From assembly GCA_016779485.1 (NCBI GenBank), contig JADHNN010000001.1:90931-154930 (forward strand): 64,000 bases of DNA. The letters are read 5' to 3'. Shown one piece after another: positions 1 through 9,772 of the stretch (position 1 is the first letter of the stretch; each line of letters begins with the position of its first letter). The notes beneath the pieces are model-generated. The model was not told the origin of the DNA. It ran no database searches and saw nothing but the letters and a program-made list of their open reading frames with translations. This stretch comes from Gammaproteobacteria bacterium (GTDB taxonomy: Bacteria; Pseudomonadota; Gammaproteobacteria; GCA-002705445; GCA-002716945). The translations under genes were made by a program, and so were the position numbers.

Positions 1-1050
1 CCAAAGAAAATTACTAAGTGTTTCTTTACAGATAACGGATCATCATCTGTGGATGCAGCAATGAAGATGAGTTATCACTATTGGCAAAACAAAGGTAAGA
101 GATCTAAAAAAAGTTTTATTGCATTGTCTAATAGTTATCATGGAGAAACATTAGGTTCGCTATCTGTAAGTAATATTGATTTATATAAAAAGACCTATGA
201 AAGCATTCTAAAAGACACAATAATTGTCGAATCACCTGATAATTATAATAAAAAAGATAATATATCTGAAGCACAACATGCTGAATTGATGTTTGATAAG
301 ATGCATCAAACAATTAAGAAAAATCATAAAAATGTTTGCGCTGTTATAGTTGAGCCATTGATACAATGTGCTGGATATATGAGGATGTATCATCCTAGGT
401 ATTTAGAACTTTTAAGAGAGGCATGCACGAAATATAATATTCACTTAATAGCAGATGAAATTGCGGTTGGTTTTGGAAGAACAGGAACTATGTTTGGTTT
501 TGAGCAGGCCAAGATAACTCCTGACATAATTTGTTTATCAAAAGGAATAACAGGTGGATATATGACACTTTCTACTATCCTAACTACAGATGATATTTAT
601 GAAGCCTTCTATGATGAATATGAAAAACTCAATGCATTTTTACATTCACACAGCTATACTGCGAACCCTATTGCCTGCTCTGCAGCGAACGCAACATTAG
701 AATTATTCAAAACTAAAAAAACTATAGAAAAAAATAAAGCATTATCTTCTTATATGGAAAAATCATTTGAATCATTAAAAGATCATCCACATGTATCTGA
801 TGTTAGACAAACAGGTATGGTGCTTGCAATTGAGATGGTGAAAAATAAAAAGAATCGTAGAGCTTATAATTGGAAAGAAAGAAGAGGTATAAGAGCCTAT
901 CTCCATGGTTTGAAAAATAATGTTCTTATGAGACCTCTAGGTAATGTACTTTATTTTATGCCGCCTTATGTTATTTCAAAAAAAGAGATATCATTTGTAT
1001 CAGAGATTATGAAAGAAGGTGTCAATGAAGCAACAAAAAAAAGTTCATAG
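1..1050 (+). CDS. bioA: Adenosylmethionine-8-amino-7-oxononanoate aminotransferase (5'-truncated by window edge)
   Basis: Frame is open from base 1 (PKKITKCFFTDNGSSSVDAAMK); class III aminotransferase motifs SYHGET, ADEIAVGFGRTG, LSKGITGG, FLHSHSYTANP, LMRPLGN. Confidence 0.93.
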   Translation, partial: PKKITKCFFTDNGSSSVDAAMKMSYHYWQNKGKRSKKSFIALSNSYHGETLGSLSVSNIDLYKKTYESILKDTIIVESPDNYNKKDNISEAQHAELMFDKMHQTIKKNHKNVCAVIVEPLIQCAGYMRMYHPRYLELLREACTKYNIHLIADEIAVGFGRTGTMFGFEQAKITPDIICLSKGITGGYMTLSTILTTDDIYEAFYDEYEKLNAFLHSHSYTANPIACSAANATLELFKTKKTIEKNKALSSYMEKSFESLKDHPHVSDVRQTGMVLAIEMVKNKKNRRAYNWKERRGIRAYLHGLKNNVLMRPLGNVLYFMPPYVISKKEISFVSEIMKEGVNEATKKSS

Positions 1051-1789
1051 AATATATATAGAATCTGACTTTTCCGATGATTCCCATGAATGTTCTGATC
1101 ATTTAGCTCATAGATTAATAAATGTCTTAAGAATCAAACAATGTGATGAAATAATTATTTTTAATCATAAAAAGAAACAATATTTATGTAACTTAGAAAT
1201 TAAAAAAAATAATACAATACTTCTTAAGATAAATAATGAAATTATAAGCACAAGTACCCCACAAATAAATATTTCTTTATCAGTAGCAATAGTTAGCATG
1301 AATATAATGGATTTAATCATTCAGAAATCTGTCGAGTTAGGAGTCAAAAACTTTTATCCTGTTTATTCTAAAAGAAGTCAATATTCTGATGTTAATAAAA
1401 AAATTGAACATTGGAATAAAATAATTATTCACTCAAGTGAACAGTGCGGAAGATATGAATTAATGAATATTCATACTCCTATCTCTCTTGAAGAGCATGT
1501 TGCATTAGATAAATCAATACCAAGATATCTTCTTCATCAAAATGGACAGTCATTTACATCTAAAGAGCTATCTGATAAAAGTATCTCTTTTTTTGTTGGA
1601 CCAGAAGGTGGTTTTGATGAGAGTGAACTAGAACTATTTTCAATAAATAAATGGAAAATAAAAAAAATTAGTGAGAATATACTTAGAACTGAAACAGCAT
1701 GTATATCTGCAATAACATTGGTAAATAATTATGAAAGCTTTTCAAGACATAGTATACAGCGATCGAAAAAGTCATCAAAATATTCATGA
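1019..1789 (+). CDS. rsmE: 16S rRNA m3U1498 methyltransferase
   Basis: IIQKSVELGV, SEQCGR, VGPEGGF, ILRTETA motifs; start may be 1025. Confidence 0.92.
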   Translation: MSMKQQKKVHRIYIESDFSDDSHECSDHLAHRLINVLRIKQCDEIIIFNHKKKQYLCNLEIKKNNTILLKINNEIISTSTPQINISLSVAIVSMNIMDLIIQKSVELGVKNFYPVYSKRSQYSDVNKKIEHWNKIIIHSSEQCGRYELMNIHTPISLEEHVALDKSIPRYLLHQNGQSFTSKELSDKSISFFVGPEGGFDESELELFSINKWKIKKISENILRTETACISAITLVNNYESFSRHSIQRSKKSSKYS

Positions 1790-2966
1790 ATGTATAATAG
1801 CTAATTATCAGATAATAGAGAGTTGGTTCAGAAATCAATGGCTTAAATATCCAGCACCTTTTTATTCGTCCATAGATATAAGAAACTCTGGATTTAAGAT
1901 ATCACCTATTGATACAAATTTATTTCCTGCTGGTTTTAACAATCTAAATAATGATTTTGAATCTTTATACATAACAGCCGTAAAGCACTCTCTTGATAGC
2001 TTTAAGACAAGTATTGATAAGATTTTAATAATTCCCGAGGACCATACGAGAAATTTACATTACCTAAAAAGTTTAGAATATTTGTCTAGTTTAATTGAAA
2101 AAGCAGGTTATGAAGTTAAAGTTAGCAAACCAACAATCGTAGATAATACTAACTTCAAAATAGTCAACTCAATACTTGAGTATGACGGATTTGTTCCTGA
2201 TGCAATTCTTTTAAACAATGACTTATCTTCAGGCATTCCCTCATTCTTAGATAACGTCAAACAACTAATCTTGCCCTCTAAAAATATCGGCTGGACGAAA
2301 AGATCAAAATCAGAACATTTCAATTATTATAGTGATGTATGCAGCAACTTCTCTAATCTTCTTGATATTGATTCTTGGTTGATTGACCCAGAGTTTAGAA
2401 ACTGCGGTGAAATTAATTTCAAAACTAAGCAAGGTGAAGAATGTTTAGTTTATCACGCCGAGAAACTGTTTGATATAATAACTGATAAATATGAAAAATA
2501 TGATATTAACGAGAAGCCATTTATCATTATTAAGGCTGACTCAGGAACCTATGGAATGGGTGTAATTTCAATTGATAATATAGATCAAATTAAAAATCTT
2601 AATAGAAAGCAAAGAAATAAAATGCTATCAACTAAAGGTAACAACTCTCTAGATAAAGTTATTTTACAGGAAGGTGTTTATTCATTTGAACAAACTAGAG
2701 AATCATCAAATGTAGCAGAGCCAGTGATATACTCATTCTCAAATTTTCTTATCGGGGGTTTCTATAGAACTCATGAAAATAAAGCTAATAATGAAAACCT
2801 AAATTCACCTGGAATGGTTTTTCATCCAATACCTCTTAATGATATTTGTATAGCGCCAAATTTAAAACTTCCAATTGATTCACCAATAAACAAATATTAT
2901 GTATATGGTGTAGTTGCACGACTTGCTATTTTAGCAGCGGCAAAAGAACTATTTAATATAGATTAA
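1731..2966 (+). CDS. gshA: Glutamate--cysteine ligase (Acidithiobacillus/betaproteobacterial type)
   Basis: PFYSSIDIRNSGFKISPIDTNLFPAGFNNL, LLNNDLS, KADSGTYGMG, NLNSPGM; directly upstream of gshB. Confidence 0.92.
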   Translation: MKAFQDIVYSDRKSHQNIHECIIANYQIIESWFRNQWLKYPAPFYSSIDIRNSGFKISPIDTNLFPAGFNNLNNDFESLYITAVKHSLDSFKTSIDKILIIPEDHTRNLHYLKSLEYLSSLIEKAGYEVKVSKPTIVDNTNFKIVNSILEYDGFVPDAILLNNDLSSGIPSFLDNVKQLILPSKNIGWTKRSKSEHFNYYSDVCSNFSNLLDIDSWLIDPEFRNCGEINFKTKQGEECLVYHAEKLFDIITDKYEKYDINEKPFIIIKADSGTYGMGVISIDNIDQIKNLNRKQRNKMLSTKGNNSLDKVILQEGVYSFEQTRESSNVAEPVIYSFSNFLIGGFYRTHENKANNENLNSPGMVFHPIPLNDICIAPNLKLPIDSPINKYYVYGVVARLAILAAAKELFNID

Positions 2967-2967
2967 T

Positions 2968-3912
2968 ATGTTTGTAATTGGAATATTAATGGACTCAATT
3001 GAATCAATAGACTTTAGGTCCGATTCGACAATTAGTCTAATCAAATGTCTTCAGAACAAATCCAATATAAAACTTATTGATCCTAAATCAATCTATCAAG
3101 AATCAAATATTATTAATGGCATAGTATATGATGTCCAAATAAATTCTATTCGTAAGTCAGAGTATGAACTCACTAAAAGAAAAAATATCAATCTTAATAA
3201 ATTAGATTGTATTCTCTTTAGAAAAGACCCGCCTGTTGATAGCCGCTATATTTCTCTTCTTCAAATAATAAAACAACTTGAGTACCAAAATACGCTTATT
3301 TTGAACTCTCCTGATAGTCTAATAAAATTTAATGAAAAGATACTTGGCTATGAATTATCAAATCCTAAAGTGCCGACTGTAATCGGATCTAGTTTAAAAA
3401 AAATAAAAGTTCTTTTGAATACTCATAAAGAAATTGTACTTAAACCGATGAACATGATGGCTGGAAAAGGTATTATAAGATTGAAACAGAATAAGGACTC
3501 TATCAAAAAAATAAATGAATATTTGGAAAAATATAAAATAATAATTGCTCAGAAATTCTTAAGAGAAATAAAAGATGGAGATAACAGGATTATAATTTAT
3601 GACGGTATAATTCATGATAAAGTTATGACCCGTTATCCTAGTAAAGGAGATTTTAGATCTAACTTAGCATGCGGCGGCAGTTATAAAATACAGGAAATAA
3701 ATAAGTCTTATTTGCCATTACTATCTGATATTGCATCTTTTCTAAAATATCATGGTATTTTTTTTGCAGGGATAGATATGATAGGTAAATATATAACAGA
3801 GATTAATATAACTTCGCCAACAGGTCTCCAACAAATTGGCAAAGGTCTATCTAACAAAATCTCTAATAAGTTACTCGAAAGAGTAAAAGTTTTTCATGAA
3901 TTTACTAAATAG
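2968..3912 (+). CDS. gshB: Glutathione synthetase
   Basis: RKDPP, NEK, RSNLACGG, EINITSPTG motifs. Confidence 0.93.
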   Translation: MFVIGILMDSIESIDFRSDSTISLIKCLQNKSNIKLIDPKSIYQESNIINGIVYDVQINSIRKSEYELTKRKNINLNKLDCILFRKDPPVDSRYISLLQIIKQLEYQNTLILNSPDSLIKFNEKILGYELSNPKVPTVIGSSLKKIKVLLNTHKEIVLKPMNMMAGKGIIRLKQNKDSIKKINEYLEKYKIIIAQKFLREIKDGDNRIIIYDGIIHDKVMTRYPSKGDFRSNLACGGSYKIQEINKSYLPLLSDIASFLKYHGIFFAGIDMIGKYITEINITSPTGLQQIGKGLSNKISNKLLERVKVFHEFTK

Positions 3913-4332
3913 ATGAATAATTACTTTTTGCTTGGTATTGATTATGGCCAAAAAAAATCAGGCCTAGCTATAGGCCAAAGTATTACAAAAAGCTGTCGCC
4001 CGTTAAAAATAATATATAATAATCTACTGGATGAAATTGAAGCAACAGTTCTTGAATGGGATATAAAAATAATAATTATAGGATATCCAGAATATAAAAA
4101 AGAAGGAAAAATACAAAAAAAAATAAAGTTATTATCAGAGGAAATTAAAACAAGAATCAATAATCAAATAAAAATAATATTACATAACGAAGCGCTAACT
4201 AGTGAAATGGCAAAGAGTAAATTCAAAGAAATGAGAAACAAAGGGCTTACAAAAAAGAAATTAAGTGATTATGATGATATATCTGCATCTATTATCTTGC
4301 AAAGCTGGGTCAATGAAAATATTATTGACTAG
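3913..4332 (+). CDS. ruvX: YqgF/RuvX pre-16S rRNA nuclease
   Basis: LGIDYGQKKSGLAIG, EALTS, DDISASIILQSW; conserved position between gshB and pyrB. Confidence 0.9.
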   Translation: MNNYFLLGIDYGQKKSGLAIGQSITKSCRPLKIIYNNLLDEIEATVLEWDIKIIIIGYPEYKKEGKIQKKIKLLSEEIKTRINNQIKIILHNEALTSEMAKSKFKEMRNKGLTKKKLSDYDDISASIILQSWVNENIID

Positions 4333-5271
4333 ATGAAGATAAATCATAATATTCAAATTCAAGATAATAAACTTAAACACCTCCTTAATATTAAATCTCT
4401 TCCGAAAACTCATATAATAGATATTATAAACAGAGCAGATCAATTTCATGATAATGGAACTATACCTAGATATCATGGTAAAGTAGTAGCTAGCTTATTT
4501 TTTGAGCCCAGCACACGTACAAAAACCACATTTGAATTAGCATCTAAAAAAATATCTTCAGATTTCATAAATATCGATATCGCTAATTCGTCTACTCTGA
4601 AGGGTGAATCAATACTAGACATGATAAAAACAATTGAAGCAATGAGTTGTCAAATGTTTGTGGTCAGACACTCAGTGCCAGGCACTGCACATTATATTGC
4701 TGAATCTGTCAGTGACAAAATATCTGTTATCAATGCTGGGGATGGATCTAATGAGCATCCAACGCAAGCAATGCTTGATATGTTTACTATTAAGAAACAT
4801 AAAGGTAGATTTAAAAATCTAAAAGTTTCTATTGTTGGAGATATCCTACATTCACGTGTAGCAAAATCACTTATTTACGCACTCAATACTTTACAGACAG
4901 GGGAGATTAATATTGTTGGTCCAAAGAAATTAATACCTGAAAATTACTCAGATATGAATGTAAACTACTACTCAAATATGAATGAAGGGATTAAAGATTC
5001 AGATGTAATTATAATGCTAAGACTTCAGAAAGAAAGAATGCATGATGCATTGATTTCTATAGATTCATATTATGATGATTATGGTTTGAATCGAGAAAGA
5101 TTAAAGTATGCACATAAAGATGTAATAGTTATGCATCCAGGGCCGATTAATAGAGGTATAGAAATAGAATCTTCAGTCGCTGACGGTCCTAATTCTGTAA
5201 TTCTTAATCAAGTATCCTATGGTATATCAGTAAGAATGGCCATCATGTCAATATTGTTTGATAATAACTAG
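4333..5271 (+). CDS. pyrB: Aspartate carbamoyltransferase catalytic subunit
   Basis: FFEPSTRT, NAGDG, HPTQ, RLQKER, MHPGPINRG. Confidence 0.96.
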   Translation: MKINHNIQIQDNKLKHLLNIKSLPKTHIIDIINRADQFHDNGTIPRYHGKVVASLFFEPSTRTKTTFELASKKISSDFINIDIANSSTLKGESILDMIKTIEAMSCQMFVVRHSVPGTAHYIAESVSDKISVINAGDGSNEHPTQAMLDMFTIKKHKGRFKNLKVSIVGDILHSRVAKSLIYALNTLQTGEINIVGPKKLIPENYSDMNVNYYSNMNEGIKDSDVIIMLRLQKERMHDALISIDSYYDDYGLNRERLKYAHKDVIVMHPGPINRGIEIESSVADGPNSVILNQVSYGISVRMAIMSILFDNN

Positions 5272-5273
5272 CC

Positions 5274-5930
5274 ATGTCTAATGATTATATTAATAACTAT
5301 AAAAAGATAACAAATTTAATAAATAGCTATAAAAAAAAATATAATAAAGATATCAAGTTAGTAGTAGTATCTAAAACACAAAATTTTAAAAAGATAGTTG
5401 AACTTCATAAAAATGGACAGAATGACTTTGGGGAAAACTATGTGGATGAAGCAGAATCCAAAATCAAACAAATTAATAATCAAACAATTAAATGGCATTT
5501 TATTGGCAAGATTCAATCAAATAAAATTAAAAAGATTTCAGAGTATTTCTCATGGATACATACTATTGATACAGAAAAACATATAAGAAAAATAGACGCT
5601 TTCTGTTCTCAACTGGATAAAATTATGAATGTATGCATACAAATTAATATTGATAATGAAGCATCAAAAGGCGGTATTCATATAGATAATTTTGCAAACC
5701 TTTCAAATATTATTCAACAAATGAAAAATATTAAACTACGTGGAATAATGGCAATACCAAACCCGAATAAATCATGTTCAAGTGCTTTTGCAAAAATGAA
5801 AGATTTGTATAATAGTTGTACATATTTAGATACACTGTCTATGGGTATGAGTAAGGATTATTTATCTGCAATAGAAAACGATGCCAATATAATTAGAATA
5901 GGGAAACAAATATTTGGAGAAAGAAAATGA
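5274..5930 (+). CDS. yggS: PLP homeostasis protein YggS
   Basis: VVSK, FGENY, WHFIGKIQSNK, LSMGMSKDY, IRIG. Confidence 0.93.
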   Translation: MSNDYINNYKKITNLINSYKKKYNKDIKLVVVSKTQNFKKIVELHKNGQNDFGENYVDEAESKIKQINNQTIKWHFIGKIQSNKIKKISEYFSWIHTIDTEKHIRKIDAFCSQLDKIMNVCIQINIDNEASKGGIHIDNFANLSNIIQQMKNIKLRGIMAIPNPNKSCSSAFAKMKDLYNSCTYLDTLSMGMSKDYLSAIENDANIIRIGKQIFGERK

Positions 5931-6724
5931 GTAGTGAAGTAAGTATTATAGGTGCTGGAAATCTTACAGTTTCATTACTTAATGGGATTCGAAAAATAAA
6001 ACATACTTATAAAATAAATGTAATCGATATTAATAAAAAAAAGCGTTCTATTGCAAAGAAGTTCAATATTAATTTCTTTTCATCATATACAAATGTACTT
6101 TGCAAATCTGATCTGATAATTCTCATGGTTAAACCAAATAATTATAAAGATGTTATAGACTCTATTAACCCATTCATATCTGATAGAAGTATTGTCTTAA
6201 GCTTTATGGCTGGCATAAGTACTGAAAAAATAAAAAATCAAATAGATGTTAATGTCCCGGTAGTAAGATGTATGACAAACATAACAATTAGTAATGATAA
6301 ATCTTATATCTTTTATTTCGTGAAATCGTTCAATAAGCACATAAATATAAAAATAAATAAATTCTTTAATAAGTTCTCGAAATTAAAAAAATGTAAAAGC
6401 GAAGAGGAAATTGATAAAATAACAGCTCTATATGGAAGTGGTCCGGCGTACTACGTATATTTTAATCAAATTATTAGAGATTCGTTTACAGCAATGGGTT
6501 ACAAGGAAAAAGAAGCTATAGATTATACAAATGATTTAATATCAGGATCAGCAAATATCATAAAAGATAATAAGAGAAGTGATGACCTTATAGAGAAGAT
6601 TGCGTCTAAAGGAGGAACTACCCAAGCTGCTTTATTAGAGCTCAATAATAATAAACTAAATAATATTATTTCTAAATCTATTATCAAAGCATATAAGAAA
6701 TCAAAAAATATTTTGAAGAAATAA
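5927..6724 (+). CDS. proC: Pyrroline-5-carboxylate reductase
   Basis: IIGAGN, GSGPAY, SKGGTT; yggS-proC-yggT synteny. Confidence 0.9.
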   Translation: MSSEVSIIGAGNLTVSLLNGIRKIKHTYKINVIDINKKKRSIAKKFNINFFSSYTNVLCKSDLIILMVKPNNYKDVIDSINPFISDRSIVLSFMAGISTEKIKNQIDVNVPVVRCMTNITISNDKSYIFYFVKSFNKHINIKINKFFNKFSKLKKCKSEEEIDKITALYGSGPAYYVYFNQIIRDSFTAMGYKEKEAIDYTNDLISGSANIIKDNKRSDDLIEKIASKGGTTQAALLELNNNKLNNIISKSIIKAYKKSKNILKK

Positions 6725-7272
6725 TGTCTACAATATCCTCAATTACTTATTTAGTTCTAAGCGCATGCCAATTTTTAATATTATTGAGGTATATTTGTCA
6801 GACAACTGATGTTAGCTATTACAATACTGTAACCCAGTCGATAGCTAAGCTTAGTGGTTTCTTAATAAAGCCTTTTGAAATCCTTGGAATTAAAATAAAC
6901 TCTTACGTATTATTTGTACTCTTGTATGGATTTACTTATCTCAAACTTTACCTACCTCTATTAGTTAATAATCAAACTTATCCATTAGATAGCCTCACTA
7001 TTGTATCTTTTGGATATTTGTTAAGAGACCTAATTAATATATATTGGTATTTAATAGTTATTTCCGCAATTAAGAGTTGGTTCAATGTATTCGTGAGTCA
7101 CCCAATTTTTAACCTCGTAGATGAATTATGTGAGCCATTGTATAGGTATGCTAGATCTGCCATTCCCTCAATTTCAGGTATTGATTTCTCTCCAATAATA
7201 ATCCTTGTAATATTGCAAGTTTTGGAGATAGTATTTGTCCCAAGAATTTTTAACTTAACGAGTCTGTTATAA
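6724..7272 (+). CDS. yggT: YggT family membrane protein
   Basis: Hydrophobic, C-terminal PSISGIDFSPII motif, synteny. Confidence 0.87.
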   Translation: MSTISSITYLVLSACQFLILLRYICQTTDVSYYNTVTQSIAKLSGFLIKPFEILGIKINSYVLFVLLYGFTYLKLYLPLLVNNQTYPLDSLTIVSFGYLLRDLINIYWYLIVISAIKSWFNVFVSHPIFNLVDELCEPLYRYARSAIPSISGIDFSPIIILVILQVLEIVFVPRIFNLTSLL

Positions 7273-7273
7273 T

Positions 7274-8377
7274 TTGAATATCGTCACAGAACAAAAGCTG
7301 CATGTAACAAAACCGCTAAATTTAAAATCCGGTAATGTACTGAAAGCCTATGAATTAGCTTATGAAACATATGGGCAACTAAATGCTAAAAAAGATAATG
7401 CTGTTTTGATATGTCATGCTCTTTCAGGCAATCATCATGTTGCTGGATATCATGAAGGTGCGGATAAACCTGGATGGTGGGATAACATGATTGGTTCTGG
7501 AAAACCTATAAATACAGACAAGTTGTTTGTTGTATGCATGAATAATTTAGGTGGTTGTCATGGCACCACTGGACCTGTAAGTATAAATAAAGATACAGGT
7601 AAAGAATATGGATTTGATTTTCCCATAGTTACCGTTGAAGATTGGGTAAGGACTCAAAAAGTACTTATGGATGCACTAAATATTTCTAAATGGCAATTCA
7701 TTATTGGGGGGAGCTTAGGTGGAATGCAAGCATTTCAATGGACTCTTGATTATCCTGCATGTGTAAGTAACTCTATAATTATTGCAGCCGCACCTAAGTT
7801 AACTGCACAAAATATAGCTTTTAATGAAGTTGCCCGACAAGCAATTATGGGTGATCCCGATTGGTGTAATGGTAATTATCTTAAGAATGAAAAGGTGCCT
7901 AAACGAGGATTAGCTTTGGCAAGAATGCTTGGTCATATCACCTATCTATCAGATAAGTCTATGGCAAAAAAGTTTGGTAGAGATCTAAAGGAAGAAAAAT
8001 TTAACTTCAATTTTGATGTAGAGTTTCAGATAGAAAGCTATTTAAGATATCAAGGTGAAAAGTTTGTTGATTCATTTGATGCAAATACATACCTTTTAAT
8101 GACGAAAGCTTTAGATTATTATGACCCTTTTAATGAAGTAGATTTTGACAAAAAAATTACTATTAGTAATTCCAAATATTTACTACTATCATTTACATCT
8201 GATTGGAGGTTTCCTCCAAGCAGATCAGAAGATATTGTTAAGACTCTTATAAATTATAATAAAAATGTTTCTTATGCTTGCATAAATTCTGATGGAGGCC
8301 ATGATGCTTTTCTTATGAAGAATGATAATTATTTTGAGGTTATGAGAAATTTTATAGAGAATAATATCGATGGCTAG
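7274..8377 (+). CDS. metX: Homoserine O-acyltransferase MetX
   Basis: ICHALSG, GWWD, GGSLGG nucleophile motif, GHDAFL; TTG start. Confidence 0.94.
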   Translation: MNIVTEQKLHVTKPLNLKSGNVLKAYELAYETYGQLNAKKDNAVLICHALSGNHHVAGYHEGADKPGWWDNMIGSGKPINTDKLFVVCMNNLGGCHGTTGPVSINKDTGKEYGFDFPIVTVEDWVRTQKVLMDALNISKWQFIIGGSLGGMQAFQWTLDYPACVSNSIIIAAAPKLTAQNIAFNEVARQAIMGDPDWCNGNYLKNEKVPKRGLALARMLGHITYLSDKSMAKKFGRDLKEEKFNFNFDVEFQIESYLRYQGEKFVDSFDANTYLLMTKALDYYDPFNEVDFDKKITISNSKYLLLSFTSDWRFPPSRSEDIVKTLINYNKNVSYACINSDGGHDAFLMKNDNYFEVMRNFIENNIDG

Positions 8378-8957
8378 AAAAGATTTTAAAATAATTTCTA
8401 ATTGGGTTAAGCCTAACTCTAAAGTACTTGACCTTGGATGTGGCGATGGAAATCTCCTTCAAATACTTAGCAAAGAGAGAAATATTACTGGTTATGGCGT
8501 GGATATATCAATAGATAAAATAATTAAATCACTAGATAATAATATAAATGTAGTACATACAGATATAAATAAAAAGTTAGACTACTTCAAAGATAAGAGT
8601 TTTGACTATGTTATTCTAGCTCAATCATTACAAGTTGTTGATAATCCTGTCAATCTAATTAATGAAATGTTAAGAATTGGAAATGAAGTTATTATTTCTT
8701 TTCCTAATATGGGCTATTGGAAATCTAGACTGTACTTATTTTTGAAAGGTAAAATGCCAATTACAAGTGAATTACCATTCAGCTGGCACTCTACACCGAA
8801 TATACATTTGTGTACGATAAAAGACTTTAAAGAAATGTGCGATCTTAATCAATTTGTAATTGTAGATGAAGTAATTAGTAGCAATAATGATGAAAAGGGT
8901 TCAATTAGATTACTAAGTAATTTATTTGGGGAATCCGCAATTTTTAAGATTAAATAG
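8370..8957 (+). CDS. metW: Methionine biosynthesis protein MetW
   Basis: VLDLGCGDG, SFPN, TPNIHLCT; follows metX. Confidence 0.92.
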   Translation: MARKDFKIISNWVKPNSKVLDLGCGDGNLLQILSKERNITGYGVDISIDKIIKSLDNNINVVHTDINKKLDYFKDKSFDYVILAQSLQVVDNPVNLINEMLRIGNEVIISFPNMGYWKSRLYLFLKGKMPITSELPFSWHSTPNIHLCTIKDFKEMCDLNQFVIVDEVISSNNDEKGSIRLLSNLFGESAIFKIK

Positions 8958-9390
8958 TTCTCTGATTTTTTAGATTGATAAAGTCTACATGCTTGACATG
9001 TATCAAGTCACAAACTTTCCTAATAGTATAATCTTCGTATTTATCTAGTCTTTCATCTGTAAAAGCAATATCCCACATAAAACCAATGATTGTGAGTTTT
9101 TGTTCATAACTACATTCTGAATTAATAATATCTGTCCATTCATAAAGTGACGTCATTTCATTATGTTTATCCTTACTAAGTGTAAATAAATGCTCAATTT
9201 GGCTGTCTGACAAGTTGAATTTAGATTTGATTAATGACTGGATTTTTTTTTGTTCCTCAAGATCAAAATTATCATCACTTTTTGATACTTCTATAAGAAG
9301 TATACATGTTGCGAGTCTAAGGTTTTCATCTACATCATTTTTATGTGATGACTCATCAGTATCCTTAAAAAGTTTTTTAAAAATATTCAA
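8950..9390 (-). CDS. TerB-family protein
   Basis: LLIEVSKSD..F...E, MWDIAFTD.RLDKYE...IRKVCDL pattern typical of TerB-like proteins. Confidence 0.8.
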   Translation of the reverse strand: MNIFKKLFKDTDESSHKNDVDENLRLATCILLIEVSKSDDNFDLEEQKKIQSLIKSKFNLSDSQIEHLFTLSKDKHNEMTSLYEWTDIINSECSYEQKLTIIGFMWDIAFTDERLDKYEDYTIRKVCDLIHVKHVDFINLKNQRTI

Positions 9391-9393
9391 ATC

Positions 9394-9723
9394 TTAGTTG
9401 AATGTTTGCTTTAGAGAATATTGACCGCTGTTATCATATTCATAAAAGAATATGTCAACAAAAGGATGGTCTACAGGATCTATGTTTTGATCAGATGTCA
9501 GATTGGATTCAGCAACATATGTCTCATTGCCTTGCCCATGCACGAGTACATGGTACCAAGGTTTATTCTTATCGGGCTTAGACTTAGCAACCGAATCATA
9601 CCATTCGTCAGTCCCTTGAAAATTTGGATCTGCATCAACTATGACTCCACGGTATTTAAATTTTGAGTGGTATACTATTTGTCCAAGACTAAATTTTGCA
9701 TTTTTTGGTGATAATTCAGACAT
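9394..9723 (-). CDS. hspQ: Heat shock protein HspQ (YccV-like)
   Basis: AKFSLGQIVYH..F.YRGVIVDADP, PWYHVLV, TYVAE.NL. Confidence 0.9.
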   Translation of the reverse strand: MSELSPKNAKFSLGQIVYHSKFKYRGVIVDADPNFQGTDEWYDSVAKSKPDKNKPWYHVLVHGQGNETYVAESNLTSDQNIDPVDHPFVDIFFYEYDNSGQYSLKQTFN

Positions 9724-9729
9724 ACCTCT

Positions 9730-9758
9730 ATTATATGACTTTAATTAGATATTTCCAA
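9730..9758 (-). promoter_or_regulatory. Putative sigma70 promoter for hspQ (TTGGAA-17bp-TATAAT), possibly leaderless
   Basis: Minus strand reads TTGGAA N17 TATAAT, then 6 nt, then ATG. Confidence 0.5.
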
Positions 9759-9772
9759 CAGCCTTTCCTTTA

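Noticed and set aside
1731-1789. 59-bp rsmE/gshA overlap
   Set aside because: Explained by a short non-conserved C-terminal extension of RsmE; common in compact genomes.
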